Below, piece after piece: positions 16,479 through 26,462 of a stretch of 52,476 nt of DNA (its first letter is position 1; each line of letters begins with the position of its first letter). Both the position numbers and the translations under genes were made by a program. Origin of the DNA: Candidatus Woesearchaeota archaeon (GTDB lineage Archaea > Nanobdellota > Nanobdellia > SCGC-AAA011-G17 > JACPIM01); assembly GCA_964457785.1 (NCBI GenBank), contig CAYWEX010000001.1, forward strand, positions 1-52,476, in the 5' to 3' direction. Under the pieces are notes generated by a model. It made no database searches, was not told where the DNA came from, and saw only the letters and a program-made list of their open reading frames with translations.

Positions 16479-19400
16479 GTGAGTTTAACTGAGAAGAATC
16501 TTTCTGAAATAGAGTTTGAAAAAATAGCTAATGATGATTTAGAATTAATGTTCAATCACAAAAGCAAAGTCACCAAGATTGTTCCTCCAGATTATATCAA
16601 AAACTATAAACAGTTATTGTTCTATTTAAGAGATTTATTAAACCAAGGAAAACTGCCAATGCATCCAAGCAACAACTACTTGGGTGAGAATAAATTAGCA
16701 CATGACATTTACAAAAGCAAATATTATCTAAAAAATTTAAAAGATGAATTAATAGAGAAAAAACCCGAGGAAACTTTTGCACGACTGGCTGCTTTCTTGG
16801 CTGCTGTTGAAACAACAAAAGAAAAACAGGAAGAATGTGCAGTAAAATTCTATAAAGATTTAGTTGAAGGACATTTCCTGCCTGGTGGAAGAGTAATAGC
16901 TGGAGCTGGAGATTTATACAGGCTAAAAACTTTAGGAAATTGTTTTGTTTCTATGATTGAAGACGATAATATAGAAAGCATATACAAAGCAGCATATGAA
17001 TGTGCTAGAACCTATTCATATGGCGGTGGAATTGGTGTAGACATGTCAAGCTTAAGACCTAGAGAAGCTTTAGTTCATAATGCAGCAAATCATTCTACAG
17101 GAGCAGTTTCTTTTATGGAAATTTATTCTTTAACTACTGGATTAATTGGACAGAGCGGGAGAAGAGGAGCTTTAATGCTCACTTTAGATGTAAAACATCC
17201 AGACATTTTCCATTTTGTGGATGTAAAAAGAATTCCCAACTGGGTAACAAGACAAATTACAGACCAATGCAAATGGTCTAATTTATTCAATGAAAGACAA
17301 TTGCATGAAATAGAAAGACAAGTTAGAGAGAATACACAAGTAAGATTTGCAAACATAAGCATGAAAGTTACTGATGAATTCATGAGTGCTGTAGAAGAAC
17401 AAACGAAATTTGGAAAAAATAAATTACTTGTCTACAAAAGATTTAAACAAGATGAACCTGAGGAAACAAGACAAGGATATATTCATTACTCATTTGGTAT
17501 TCCTTCAAAAGATTTAGAAAACTATGAATTTTTAGAAAAATTTGATTCTGTTTATGAATTAAATAATTTCTTATTAACTCAAAAAAAAGAAATAAATGAA
17601 GAAGACTTAAAAAATACAAGTTTGAGAAATATTTTTGGAGACTTTATATTAAAGTCAGATAGTTATGATCTAGCAATACATTATTCTGGAGACTTTTTAT
17701 TATATTTTAATTCTGACCAGACAAAAGAAGTAAAGAAATTAGTCAAGGCAAAAGAATTATGGGATAAATTTGTTGCTTCTAATTACAAGACAGCTGAACC
17801 AGGATTAATTTTCTGGAGCAGAATGGTAAAATACAGCCCTTCAAATTACGTTGGAAGACCTATAATAACAACTAATCCCTGCATAACTGGCGATTCTTTA
17901 GTTTCTACTGATAAAGGTTTAGAAAGAATAGAAGATTTAGCTGGAAAAGAAGTTGAGATAGCAACTGACAACAGAGTTCCTATTGAAGTTTTGAACAATA
18001 AAGGCGAATTAATGTTAATGGAACAAAAAGATGGAATTACTTTTAATAGATCCCCCAGAGTCTGGTGTTCTGGAATAAAACCAACTTACAGGCTTAAAAC
18101 TAAAAAAGGCTACGAAATTACAGCAACAGCAGACCACAAAATTATGACTAATAATGGTTTTAAGGAATTATCAAGACTAATAAAAGAAGATAAAATTCTT
18201 ATCCAGAAAGGAGAAGGTAAATTTAATACAAATTACGATCTTAATTTTGATATTAATGTTGAACCTAAAAATGGCCACTTTTATCCATTTAATTTTCCAA
18301 CACAATGGTCTAAAGAATTAGGACAAATTTTAGGGTGGACAGTTGGAGACGGATTTGTTGTTGATGATAAATTAGAAATGGTATTTGCTAATGATGAATT
18401 AGAAATTATGAATAAATTCAAAATATTTATGGACAAAGTTTATGGTGAGAGAGAAGGATCAATAGTAGACAAAGATTCAACAAAGCATTTACTTTATAAC
18501 AGCATTTTTGTAGCTGAATTTATGAGAAAATTGGGAATAAAAAGCGTAGATGCTGAATTTAAAACTGTTCCGCAAGCTATTTTTACTGCACCAAAAGAAG
18601 CAGTTATTGGTTTTTTACAAGGATTATTTTCTGCAGACGGCACCATAGGTATAGATGAAGAAAAAGGAAATCGATATATAAGATTAACTTCAAAATCTAA
18701 AGAATTATTAAAGGAGGTTCAAAAGATTTTATTAAATCTTGGAATGATTTCAACAATATATGATAGAGAAAGAGATCCAGAAGTAAAATTCTTTTATTTT
18801 ACAGCTAAAGGGGAATATAGAGAATATGAATGTGACGGCAAATTATGGGAATTACAATTAAGCAAGAAAAGTGCACGAAAGTTTTTAGAAGAAATAGGCT
18901 TTTTAGGAACTAAACATCAAGAAAAAACTAAAATATTTTTAAGCCACAGGCAATACAAAGACAATTTTTTTGACAATTTAGTTTCAATAGAGTATGATGG
19001 AGTAAGAGAAATTTACGATTTATCTGAACCGCATACACATTCTTTTATTGCAAACGGAATTGTAATCCATAATTGCGGCGAAATAAATTTAGAGGATGGC
19101 GGGGCGTGCAATTTATCAGCGATGAATTTGTCAAGATTTGTTGATGAAGGTTATACTGAGAATGCCAAAATTAACTGGGAATTATTAAAAGAAAGTGTTA
19201 CTAATGTTACAAGATTTTTAGACAATACAATTACATGGAATATGTTCATGAATCCTTTGGAGAAACAAAGAATAGCAACTTCTGAAACAAGAAGACTTGG
19301 ACTGGGAGTGATGGGGATTGCTGATATGCTAAATCAATTGAGTATTGGATATGATTCTGATGAAGGTTTAGAATTAATTGGAAAGGTAATGAAATTTATT

Positions 19401-20330
19401 GCAAATACTGCTTACAAAGCTTCATCTTATTTAGCTTTGGAAAAGGAGCCATCTCCTTTATTTAATTATGAAGCTTATTCAAAATGCCCATTTTTCCAAG
19501 AATCTATTGACCAAGATGTAAAAGATTTAATAAGAAAAAATGGATTGAGAAATATTGCTATCTTAACTATTGCTCCAACAGGAACAATATCGAATGTTGT
19601 TCTAGGATTTAAAAATAAAGAAAAATATTATGTTGGTGTAAGTTCTGGAGTAGAACCTATTTTTGCTTTATATTATCAAAGAAGATCTGAGACTTTAAAC
19701 AAAGAAGAAAGCTCTAAATTTTATAATGTATTTCATCCAACTATACAGGCTTATTTAGATTTAAAAAACTTGAATGAAAAAGCACAAGATATAACTAATT
19801 TAGAAGAATTAAGGAAAGTATTGCCTACAAGTTTTTTTAGAACATCTCATTTTATCAAAGCAGATAAAAGAGTTGAAATTCAGGGAATCTGCCAGAAATA
19901 TATTGACCACAGCATTTCAAGCACAGTGAATTTGCCTGAAAGCATCAAACCTGATATGGTTTCAGATATTTATTTTGATGCATGGAAAAAAGGATTAAAA
20001 GGAATTACAATATACAGAGATGGATCCAGATATCCTATTTTAAGTGTTGCCCAAGAACAAACAGAATTCCAAGAAATTAAGAAGAAAACATTTAAAGTTT
20101 ATACTAACAGCGAAGAGCTTTTATTAAAAGGAGATGAGGTATTTGTTTTAGAAAATGGAACATTAAGCACTGCTTACCATTCTATAAAAGAAAATCATCC
20201 AGTAAAAATAGAAGAAATTAATTTTGATACTGGAGAAACTGTTATTTCTAATTTTATAGAAAAAAGTACAGATAAAAATACCTGTGAAATTAAAATAGAA
20301 GACGGCAAAGTAATAAAGACTTGTGAATAA
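16479..20330 (+). CDS. nrdJ: Class II (AdoCbl-dependent) ribonucleotide reductase with intein; no ATP cone
   Basis: PGGR, LGNCFV, GRRGA, NP[intein]CGE, ACNL, APTGT, KGITIYRDGSR and a C-terminal Cys pair; GGGGTGA RBS. Confidence 0.95.
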   Translation: MSLTEKNLSEIEFEKIANDDLELMFNHKSKVTKIVPPDYIKNYKQLLFYLRDLLNQGKLPMHPSNNYLGENKLAHDIYKSKYYLKNLKDELIEKKPEETFARLAAFLAAVETTKEKQEECAVKFYKDLVEGHFLPGGRVIAGAGDLYRLKTLGNCFVSMIEDDNIESIYKAAYECARTYSYGGGIGVDMSSLRPREALVHNAANHSTGAVSFMEIYSLTTGLIGQSGRRGALMLTLDVKHPDIFHFVDVKRIPNWVTRQITDQCKWSNLFNERQLHEIERQVRENTQVRFANISMKVTDEFMSAVEEQTKFGKNKLLVYKRFKQDEPEETRQGYIHYSFGIPSKDLENYEFLEKFDSVYELNNFLLTQKKEINEEDLKNTSLRNIFGDFILKSDSYDLAIHYSGDFLLYFNSDQTKEVKKLVKAKELWDKFVASNYKTAEPGLIFWSRMVKYSPSNYVGRPIITTNPCITGDSLVSTDKGLERIEDLAGKEVEIATDNRVPIEVLNNKGELMLMEQKDGITFNRSPRVWCSGIKPTYRLKTKKGYEITATADHKIMTNNGFKELSRLIKEDKILIQKGEGKFNTNYDLNFDINVEPKNGHFYPFNFPTQWSKELGQILGWTVGDGFVVDDKLEMVFANDELEIMNKFKIFMDKVYGEREGSIVDKDSTKHLLYNSIFVAEFMRKLGIKSVDAEFKTVPQAIFTAPKEAVIGFLQGLFSADGTIGIDEEKGNRYIRLTSKSKELLKEVQKILLNLGMISTIYDRERDPEVKFFYFTAKGEYREYECDGKLWELQLSKKSARKFLEEIGFLGTKHQEKTKIFLSHRQYKDNFFDNLVSIEYDGVREIYDLSEPHTHSFIANGIVIHNCGEINLEDGGACNLSAMNLSRFVDEGYTENAKINWELLKESVTNVTRFLDNTITWNMFMNPLEKQRIATSETRRLGLGVMGIADMLNQLSIGYDSDEGLELIGKVMKFIANTAYKASSYLALEKEPSPLFNYEAYSKCPFFQESIDQDVKDLIRKNGLRNIAILTIAPTGTISNVVLGFKNKEKYYVGVSSGVEPIFALYYQRRSETLNKEESSKFYNVFHPTIQAYLDLKNLNEKAQDITNLEELRKVLPTSFFRTSHFIKADKRVEIQGICQKYIDHSISSTVNLPESIKPDMVSDIYFDAWKKGLKGITIYRDGSRYPILSVAQEQTEFQEIKKKTFKVYTNSEELLLKGDEVFVLENGTLSTAYHSIKENHPVKIEEINFDTGETVISNFIEKSTDKNTCEIKIEDGKVIKTCE
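17880..19073 (+). mobile_element. Intein with LAGLIDADG homing endonuclease (398 aa) at the NP|CGE active site
   Basis: Starts CITGDSLV; block B TADHKI; GWTVGDG and GLFSADG motifs; ends IVIHN before the extein Cys. Confidence 0.95.
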
Positions 20331-20410
20331 GAACCTTGATGCTTATAATCTCCTGAAATTTTGCGAGAAAACAGAAATATTTTAAACTAATTCTTTTTTA
20401 ATTTTCAGTT

Positions 20411-21094
20411 ATGAAAGTACTACATACTGGGCGAGTTATTGAAGTAGAACCTTTTTCTTCAGATTATTTAAATGAGGCTTTAGGAGTTTGTAAACTTAGA
20501 AAACATAGGGCGCTTACAATGCCTGAAATTGTTGATATTAAAATAGAAAATCCTTTTAATACTGATTTGTGGCGAGATTTATATATCAGCACTAGCATGA
20601 AAGCTATTGGGCTTAGCAGGCAAGGCAAAAAAAGAATAGTTTACTCTCATTTGAAAGATAATTATTTTTCAAGTCCAGGCAATATTCTGGAAGCAATTGA
20701 CAAGGGATTAAAAAAAGGTGCAGGAATAATACTTAATTTAGATTTTTACAGACTGATTGAGTTAGATGGATTAACTGATGAAAAAGGAAACAGGTTAGTA
20801 TGGGTTTTAGATTATGATAATAGGAGAGGAGTGCCTAAATCTTTTACTATTGAAGATGCTTTAGATGATCCTGAAACAATTCCTTTTTTAGGTGGGGGAG
20901 AGAGAGCTATTCATTACTTACAAATGCATGGAGAAATGTATGACAATAAAATTTTGTTAGACCACAGCAATGAGTTTAATGGTGAAAATATAGGCTGGTT
21001 GCTTTATTTGGGGAATTTTTTGATAAAGGGACTATATGGAAATTATCCTTTGAATTCCAGCGGGAATTTTTTAGGAACTCCTGAAGAAAATTAA
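20411..21094 (+). CDS. Hypothetical protein
   Basis: 227-aa ORF with upstream TATA; no family recognised. Confidence 0.75.
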   Translation: MKVLHTGRVIEVEPFSSDYLNEALGVCKLRKHRALTMPEIVDIKIENPFNTDLWRDLYISTSMKAIGLSRQGKKRIVYSHLKDNYFSSPGNILEAIDKGLKKGAGIILNLDFYRLIELDGLTDEKGNRLVWVLDYDNRRGVPKSFTIEDALDDPETIPFLGGGERAIHYLQMHGEMYDNKILLDHSNEFNGENIGWLLYLGNFLIKGLYGNYPLNSSGNFLGTPEEN

Positions 21095-21097
21095 TTT

Positions 21098-21628
21098 TTA
21101 AGCATTACCATAACTACCAGCTACTGGGCTGCATGTTGTATCCATATTTGTTAATATTTTTGAGCATCTAGCTTCAAATTCATTACGATTATAACGACAT
21201 CTATCATATTTTTCATTTACTGAAGTGTAACAAGGATTATAAGTCGATTCAGTACCAACTACAGCTAAACACTGCTGATATTCATAATCTGCTTGATTTG
21301 TACAAATACTATATTCTGTTTGGGCATTTGTCATACAGTCATCGTATTTTTTTCTTTCTGCAGCTCTGCATTCTTCTTCATTCGAAGTTGGAGTCGGTTC
21401 TGCTGTTGATGATGATGTGTCTGTTGCTGGTGTTGGTTCTGCTGTTGATGATGATGTGTCTGTTGCTGGTGTTGGTTCTGCTGTTGATGATGATGTAGTT
21501 GGTGTATCATAAGTTCCTGTATCGTAGGTTTGGAAACCTGCTAAATGCTTTCCAGATAAATTTGAAAATAATAAAAAAGAAAATAGAATTGTGATTGTCA
21601 ATAGAACTAATACTTCCTCTTTTTGCAT
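21098..21628 (-). CDS. Secreted or membrane-anchored protein with Ser/Thr repeats and a Cys-rich C-terminus
   Basis: N-terminal TM, TSSSTAEPTPATD repeats, and cysteines spaced roughly every 11 aa. Confidence 0.75.
   Translation of the reverse strand: MQKEEVLVLLTITILFSFLLFSNLSGKHLAGFQTYDTGTYDTPTTSSSTAEPTPATDTSSSTAEPTPATDTSSSTAEPTPTSNEEECRAAERKKYDDCMTNAQTEYSICTNQADYEYQQCLAVVGTESTYNPCYTSVNEKYDRCRYNRNEFEARCSKILTNMDTTCSPVAGSYGNA
21396..21496. repeat. 39-bp coding tandem repeat (~2.6 copies)
   Basis: GGTTCTGCTGTTGATGATGATGTGTCTGTTGCTGGTGTT repeated. Confidence 0.9.
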
Positions 21629-21721
21629 ATAAACTGATAGAACTTTTCTTTTTAAAAACTTTATTACTATCATTAGAAACTCTTATAAATGTATTTGGAG
21701 TAAGTAGCTTTTTGGGGGAAT

Positions 21722-23752
21722 ATGGTTACAAAAGTCAGGAAACGAGATGGAAGAATAGTTCTTTTTAACAAAGACAAGATAGTTGATGCCATATTCAAGG
21801 CTATGAGTTCTGTCAATAAAGTTGACCAGGAATTAGCTGAAAAACTAGCAAATTTAATAGAAGAAGAACTTGAAAATAAGTTCAATAAGAAAGACACTCC
21901 ACATGTTGAGGATATACAGGATTTAATAGAAAAAGCTTTGATAACAGAAGGATTGGCTGAAGTTGCCAAATCTTTTATTTTATATAGATATAAAAGAACT
22001 GTGATAAGGGAAGCCAAGGAATCCTTAATCGGTAAAATAGATGATTCTGACTTAAGCATAACATCATTAAAAATTGCTGAAGCAAAGTATTTGCTAAAAG
22101 ATGAAAACGGCAATATTATAGAAACTCCAAACCAGATGTTCCAAAGAGCTGCAAAATGTATGGCTAATGTTGAAAAAAAATACAACAAAGACGAGCAATA
22201 TACTAAAGATTTAGAGAAGAAATTTTTTGAAATAATTTCCAATTTAGAGTTTTTACCATCTGGAAGAATTTTGGCTCATGCTGGAACTGATTCAACTTCT
22301 TTATCAAGTTCAATTGTTATTCCAATTGAAGACAGCCTGGAAGATATTTTTACTTCTTTATTGCATGCAGTCACTTTACAGAAAAAAACAGTTGGAACTG
22401 GATTTAATTTTTCCAAAATAAGGCCGAGAGGAAGTAGAACTTCTGAAAATTATGGAAAAGCTGTCGGGCCTGTTTCTTTTATGCATATTTTCAACAGCGC
22501 GAGCGAATTAATAAAATGCAGAGGAAACAGAAAAAGTGCCAATATGGCTATTTTAAGGTGTGATCATCCCAACATAATTGATTTTATTGGGGCTAAAGAA
22601 AACCAGAATTACTTGAATAATTTCAATATTTCAGTTGGACTTACTGATAAATTTTTGGAAGCGGTAAGAAAAAATGATGATTATGAATTAATAGATCCTT
22701 CTACAGAAAAATCTGTTTCTAAATTAAATGCAAGAAAAATATTTGACATGATTATTTCCACTGCATGGAAAAATGGAGAGCCTGGTTTAATATTTTTAGA
22801 CAATATTAATAGAAAAAATCCAACTCCAGAATTGGGAAAATTAGAAATTACAAGCAGCTGCGCTGAAATGGCTTTATATCCTTATGAAGGGGCTTTTTTA
22901 GGATCGATAAATCTGGAGAAATTTGTCAGAGAGAATGAAATAAATTATGAAAAACTAAAAGAAACAATCAAGTTAGCTGTAAGATTTTTAGACAATGCTG
23001 TTGATGTTTCTAATTATTCAATAGAAAAAGTAAATGAGATAACAAAGTCTAACAGAAAAATAGGACTAGGGATAATGGGTTTTGCAGATTTATTATATGA
23101 AATGCAAGTACCTTATAACTCTGAAAGAGCCTTGGAAATTGCTGAGGAATTAATCAAGTTTGTACAAAAAACAGCAAGAGAAGAATCTGAAAATATAGGA
23201 ATAGAAAAAGGAAATTTTCCAAATTACAAGAAAAGTATTTTTTACAAGAAAACACCAATGAGAAATGCGACTGTCACAGCAATTGCTCCTTCTGGAAGTA
23301 TAAGCATTTTAGCTGAAACAAGCAACAGCATTGAACCTAATTTTGCTATTGGTTACATGAGAAATGTTCTAGGAAATACGCAAATCATGTTTGTAAACAA
23401 GCACTTTGAGAAAATAGCAAAAGAAAAAGGATTTTATTCACCTTCATTAATAAAAACTATTGTTGAACAAGGATCATTGAACGGTATTGAAGAAATTCCA
23501 GAAAAAATAAAAAGGATATTTGTTGTTTCACATCAGATTACACCTGAATGGCATGTCAAGATGCAAGCAATATTTCAAAAACATATTGACAATGCAATTT
23601 CAAAAACAATTAATTTCCCTTTTACAGCAACTCTACAAGATGTAGAAAAGGGATATTTTAAAGCTCATGAATTGGGATGCAAGGGAATTACAATATACAG
23701 AGATGGAAGCAGGATTGAGCAGGTTATAAATTTAAAAGAACCTAACAAATAA
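21722..23752 (+). CDS. NrdJ-like protein with N-terminal ATP cone and a degenerate active site
   Basis: VRKRDGR...VEDIQD ATP cone and an NrdJ core, but LSSSI, TSSCAE and EGAFL replace LSxCF, TNPCGE and xxCNL; no C-terminal Cys pair. Confidence 0.9.
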   Translation: MVTKVRKRDGRIVLFNKDKIVDAIFKAMSSVNKVDQELAEKLANLIEEELENKFNKKDTPHVEDIQDLIEKALITEGLAEVAKSFILYRYKRTVIREAKESLIGKIDDSDLSITSLKIAEAKYLLKDENGNIIETPNQMFQRAAKCMANVEKKYNKDEQYTKDLEKKFFEIISNLEFLPSGRILAHAGTDSTSLSSSIVIPIEDSLEDIFTSLLHAVTLQKKTVGTGFNFSKIRPRGSRTSENYGKAVGPVSFMHIFNSASELIKCRGNRKSANMAILRCDHPNIIDFIGAKENQNYLNNFNISVGLTDKFLEAVRKNDDYELIDPSTEKSVSKLNARKIFDMIISTAWKNGEPGLIFLDNINRKNPTPELGKLEITSSCAEMALYPYEGAFLGSINLEKFVRENEINYEKLKETIKLAVRFLDNAVDVSNYSIEKVNEITKSNRKIGLGIMGFADLLYEMQVPYNSERALEIAEELIKFVQKTAREESENIGIEKGNFPNYKKSIFYKKTPMRNATVTAIAPSGSISILAETSNSIEPNFAIGYMRNVLGNTQIMFVNKHFEKIAKEKGFYSPSLIKTIVEQGSLNGIEEIPEKIKRIFVVSHQITPEWHVKMQAIFQKHIDNAISKTINFPFTATLQDVEKGYFKAHELGCKGITIYRDGSRIEQVINLKEPNK

Positions 23753-23811
23753 GCTTTTCTTTACAAAAGAAAACCTTGGAAAAGAAATAATTAAGTTTGT
23801 GAAAATAAAGA

Positions 23812-24438
23812 ATGACAGCAGGAGATAAATTAGGACTTGTACATGTTTATACTGGAGATGGCAAAGGCAAGACTTCTGCTGCAATGGGATTATCTTTGAG
23901 AGCCATTGGCCAGGGATTAAAGGTTTTTATTATACAATTTATGAAGGGCGGGGCTTATACTGGAGAATACATTAGTGCTAAAAATTTTCTGCCTAATAAT
24001 GAATTTCTGCAATATGGAAGAGGATGCATTAAGGAAAAAAAACAACTTAAATTAATTGGTTTTGATCAAGGAGTACATTATTTTGATCATGTAAGAGAAG
24101 ATATTGAATGTGGGCCGTGCAGATATTGTTTTTTGAATGATGAAGAGCAAAGAAGATTTGTAAGATTAGCATTTGACAAGGCAAAAGAAGTAACTTCTAA
24201 AGATGAATACAGCTTAGTTGTTTTAGACGAAATTAATGTAGCTGTAAAATATGGGTTTGTTGATGTAAATGAATTAATTGAGTTGATTAAAAATAAAAAT
24301 AAAACTACTGAATTAATTATTACTGGAAGAGATGTACATCCAAAAATAGTTGAAATGGCTGATTTGGTAACTGAAATGAAACTAGTAAAACATTATTATG
24401 AAAAAGGAGTTTCAGCAAGAAGAGGGATAGAATATTGA
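23812..24438 (+). CDS. cobO: Cob(I)alamin adenosyltransferase (CobO/CobA/BtuR type)
   Basis: VYTGDGKGKTSAA, IQFMKG, VLDEI, IITGR, ADLVTEM and RRGIEY motifs. Confidence 0.95.
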   Translation: MTAGDKLGLVHVYTGDGKGKTSAAMGLSLRAIGQGLKVFIIQFMKGGAYTGEYISAKNFLPNNEFLQYGRGCIKEKKQLKLIGFDQGVHYFDHVREDIECGPCRYCFLNDEEQRRFVRLAFDKAKEVTSKDEYSLVVLDEINVAVKYGFVDVNELIELIKNKNKTTELIITGRDVHPKIVEMADLVTEMKLVKHYYEKGVSARRGIEY

Positions 24439-24476
24439 ACAAAAGATTTATATATTAACTATTTAGTAGTAAAACT

Positions 24477-24890
24477 ATGAAATTTAACAAATTAGCTAAA
24501 ATAGTTTATTTGGCAGGAGCTCTTAGTTTATCTGGATGTTCTTTAAATCAAAGCCCAAAACCCTATGTAAAGTTACCTCAGACTATAACTATTTCTCCAG
24601 ATACTAATATTTGTTTTGATATAGTTGATGAGAGCAGAGAAAGAGATATTGTTTCTTGTGAAGCTTATTTAATAGAAAAAAGAACTGGTATAGAAACTAA
24701 ACTATATTTAAGTGCTTCAGCTATAGATTTAGAATTAAGTGGTGTTGCTTTAGCTCATTGGGAAGTTACTGATCAATATAATCAAATTCCAAGGGGAGAT
24801 TGTACATTTATTCTTGAAATGAGAGACAAGAAAGGAAAAAGAGGAGAATATAAATTACCAGTTGTTATTAAAGAAGAAAATAAGAAATAA
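24477..24890 (+). CDS. Putative lipoprotein
   Basis: Signal peptide with LSGC lipobox; shares a domain with the next gene. Confidence 0.75.
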   Translation: MKFNKLAKIVYLAGALSLSGCSLNQSPKPYVKLPQTITISPDTNICFDIVDESRERDIVSCEAYLIEKRTGIETKLYLSASAIDLELSGVALAHWEVTDQYNQIPRGDCTFILEMRDKKGKRGEYKLPVVIKEENKK

Positions 24891-24928
24891 ATTTAAATAA
24901 GATATAACCTAGTGTTATTTGAATAAAA

Positions 24929-26356
24929 GTGGTGAAATTTGACAAGAATACTAGAGTTTTATTGTTTGGATTTATTATATTATTAATTTCTGGAATTAGC
25001 TTTAGTTTGTTTAATTTTACTATAACTGGTAAACAAGGCGAGGATTTATCTGAATTAAATAATCCAAAGGGTAACGGATATTTGTACTTTAAATATTTCC
25101 CTGAAAGAAATGAAGAAGATAGGATAGAGGGGCCTTTTGAATTTAAAGAAAATGATGGTTTTTCTCCAGTTATTAATATAGAATTAAATATTGAAAATAT
25201 AAAAACTAAAATAAAAAATTATTTTAATGAAATAAGAAATCAAGATATTTCTCCACAACCAAGTATAGACTTGCCAGACAAACTGTTTACTTTATCTCTA
25301 AGCCCTGAAGAAAATATTGAATTTACTATAATTGATGATAGTAGGGAAAGAGATATTAAAAAATCAGAATTAGTTTTAAAAAAAGAAGACAAGGAAGATA
25401 TTAAATTAAATACTAAATTTGAAAAAACTGATTTAGAAATTTCTGGATTTACAAAGGTTTTTTGGAATTCAATAGAAGATTATAAAATAATTCAAGAAGA
25501 TGGTTTTGGAAAATATGAACTCTCTCTAATATTGACTGATAAAACAGGTCAGAAAGGAGAGAAAAATATTCCAATTGATCTGAAGGATGGAAAGAGAGAA
25601 AGAGTTGAAACACCTGATCCCGAAGGAGATAAAGGTCAAAAAGTTGGAATTGAAGTCAGAGAAGATATACCAAACCCACCACCTTTTGTTGAGGATGATA
25701 AAGATAAACCCACAATAAAAAAGGATGGGTGTAAGATGACATTAAAATTCGCGGGTAAAGTAGATGAAAAATTAAAAACACAGAAAGGAACAAACAAGGA
25801 TGAATTAGGAGAATATCTTTATCCTTATGGAAAAAGTTATTTTCTGAAGTATTTTTTTGAAATTCATGCGAATGCAGATCCAAAAGAATATTTAGAGGGA
25901 CAATGGAGCCAGAGCTTTACTTTTTATGAATATTATGATGATGGTTATGAGAAAAGAGGACAAAAAGAAACTGGATCAGGCTTTAATAAAAAAGACTATC
26001 ATCCAGAAGATTTTACATCTGATCATTATCATCAAAAGAAGACAGACTTATTGGGAACTTTTATAAAAGAATATAAAGAAGCAGAAAAAGTAATTCACTG
26101 GACAGGATATGGAGAAGAAAAAATAGATCCTGAAATGATAAACTTAAATAAAGATATTAAGTTCATTAGCGCTGTTTGGAAAGAAGATTATAGTGATTAC
26201 TGTTTTTGTGAATTTGATTTAAGTTTATCTGCTAAAAATGAAAAACCAGATAAATTTAGCAATTACAAAAAAGCTGGAACAAAGGCTAGTCCAGATTGGA
26301 AAATAAAAACCAGTATTGAGTATATTAAGGGAGTTAAATGCGATACTGGATCTTAA
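24929..26356 (+). CDS. Membrane-anchored hypothetical protein
   Basis: N-terminal TM; contains the IxDxSRERDI...DLExSG...W domain also seen in 24477-24890. Confidence 0.75.
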   Translation: MVKFDKNTRVLLFGFIILLISGISFSLFNFTITGKQGEDLSELNNPKGNGYLYFKYFPERNEEDRIEGPFEFKENDGFSPVINIELNIENIKTKIKNYFNEIRNQDISPQPSIDLPDKLFTLSLSPEENIEFTIIDDSRERDIKKSELVLKKEDKEDIKLNTKFEKTDLEISGFTKVFWNSIEDYKIIQEDGFGKYELSLILTDKTGQKGEKNIPIDLKDGKRERVETPDPEGDKGQKVGIEVREDIPNPPPFVEDDKDKPTIKKDGCKMTLKFAGKVDEKLKTQKGTNKDELGEYLYPYGKSYFLKYFFEIHANADPKEYLEGQWSQSFTFYEYYDDGYEKRGQKETGSGFNKKDYHPEDFTSDHYHQKKTDLLGTFIKEYKEAEKVIHWTGYGEEKIDPEMINLNKDIKFISAVWKEDYSDYCFCEFDLSLSAKNEKPDKFSNYKKAGTKASPDWKIKTSIEYIKGVKCDTGS

Positions 26357-26462
26357 CTATCTAAAAAGTCTTAATTTAATTATTTTTTATTACTATACTA
26401 AATTAGCTAAAAATTTATATATAAAAACAGAGATAAGATTTTTGAATGGGGGTGAATTAGTT

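Noticed and set aside
21396-21496. 39-bp tandem repeat as a CRISPR array or non-coding repeat
   Set aside because: It is in frame and encodes a Ser/Thr/Pro linker; there are no unique spacers.
21722-23752. Second RNR as a simple pseudogene
   Set aside because: The ORF is full length with no stops or frameshifts, and structural motifs are conserved while changes concentrate on catalytic residues. It is kept as a finding instead.
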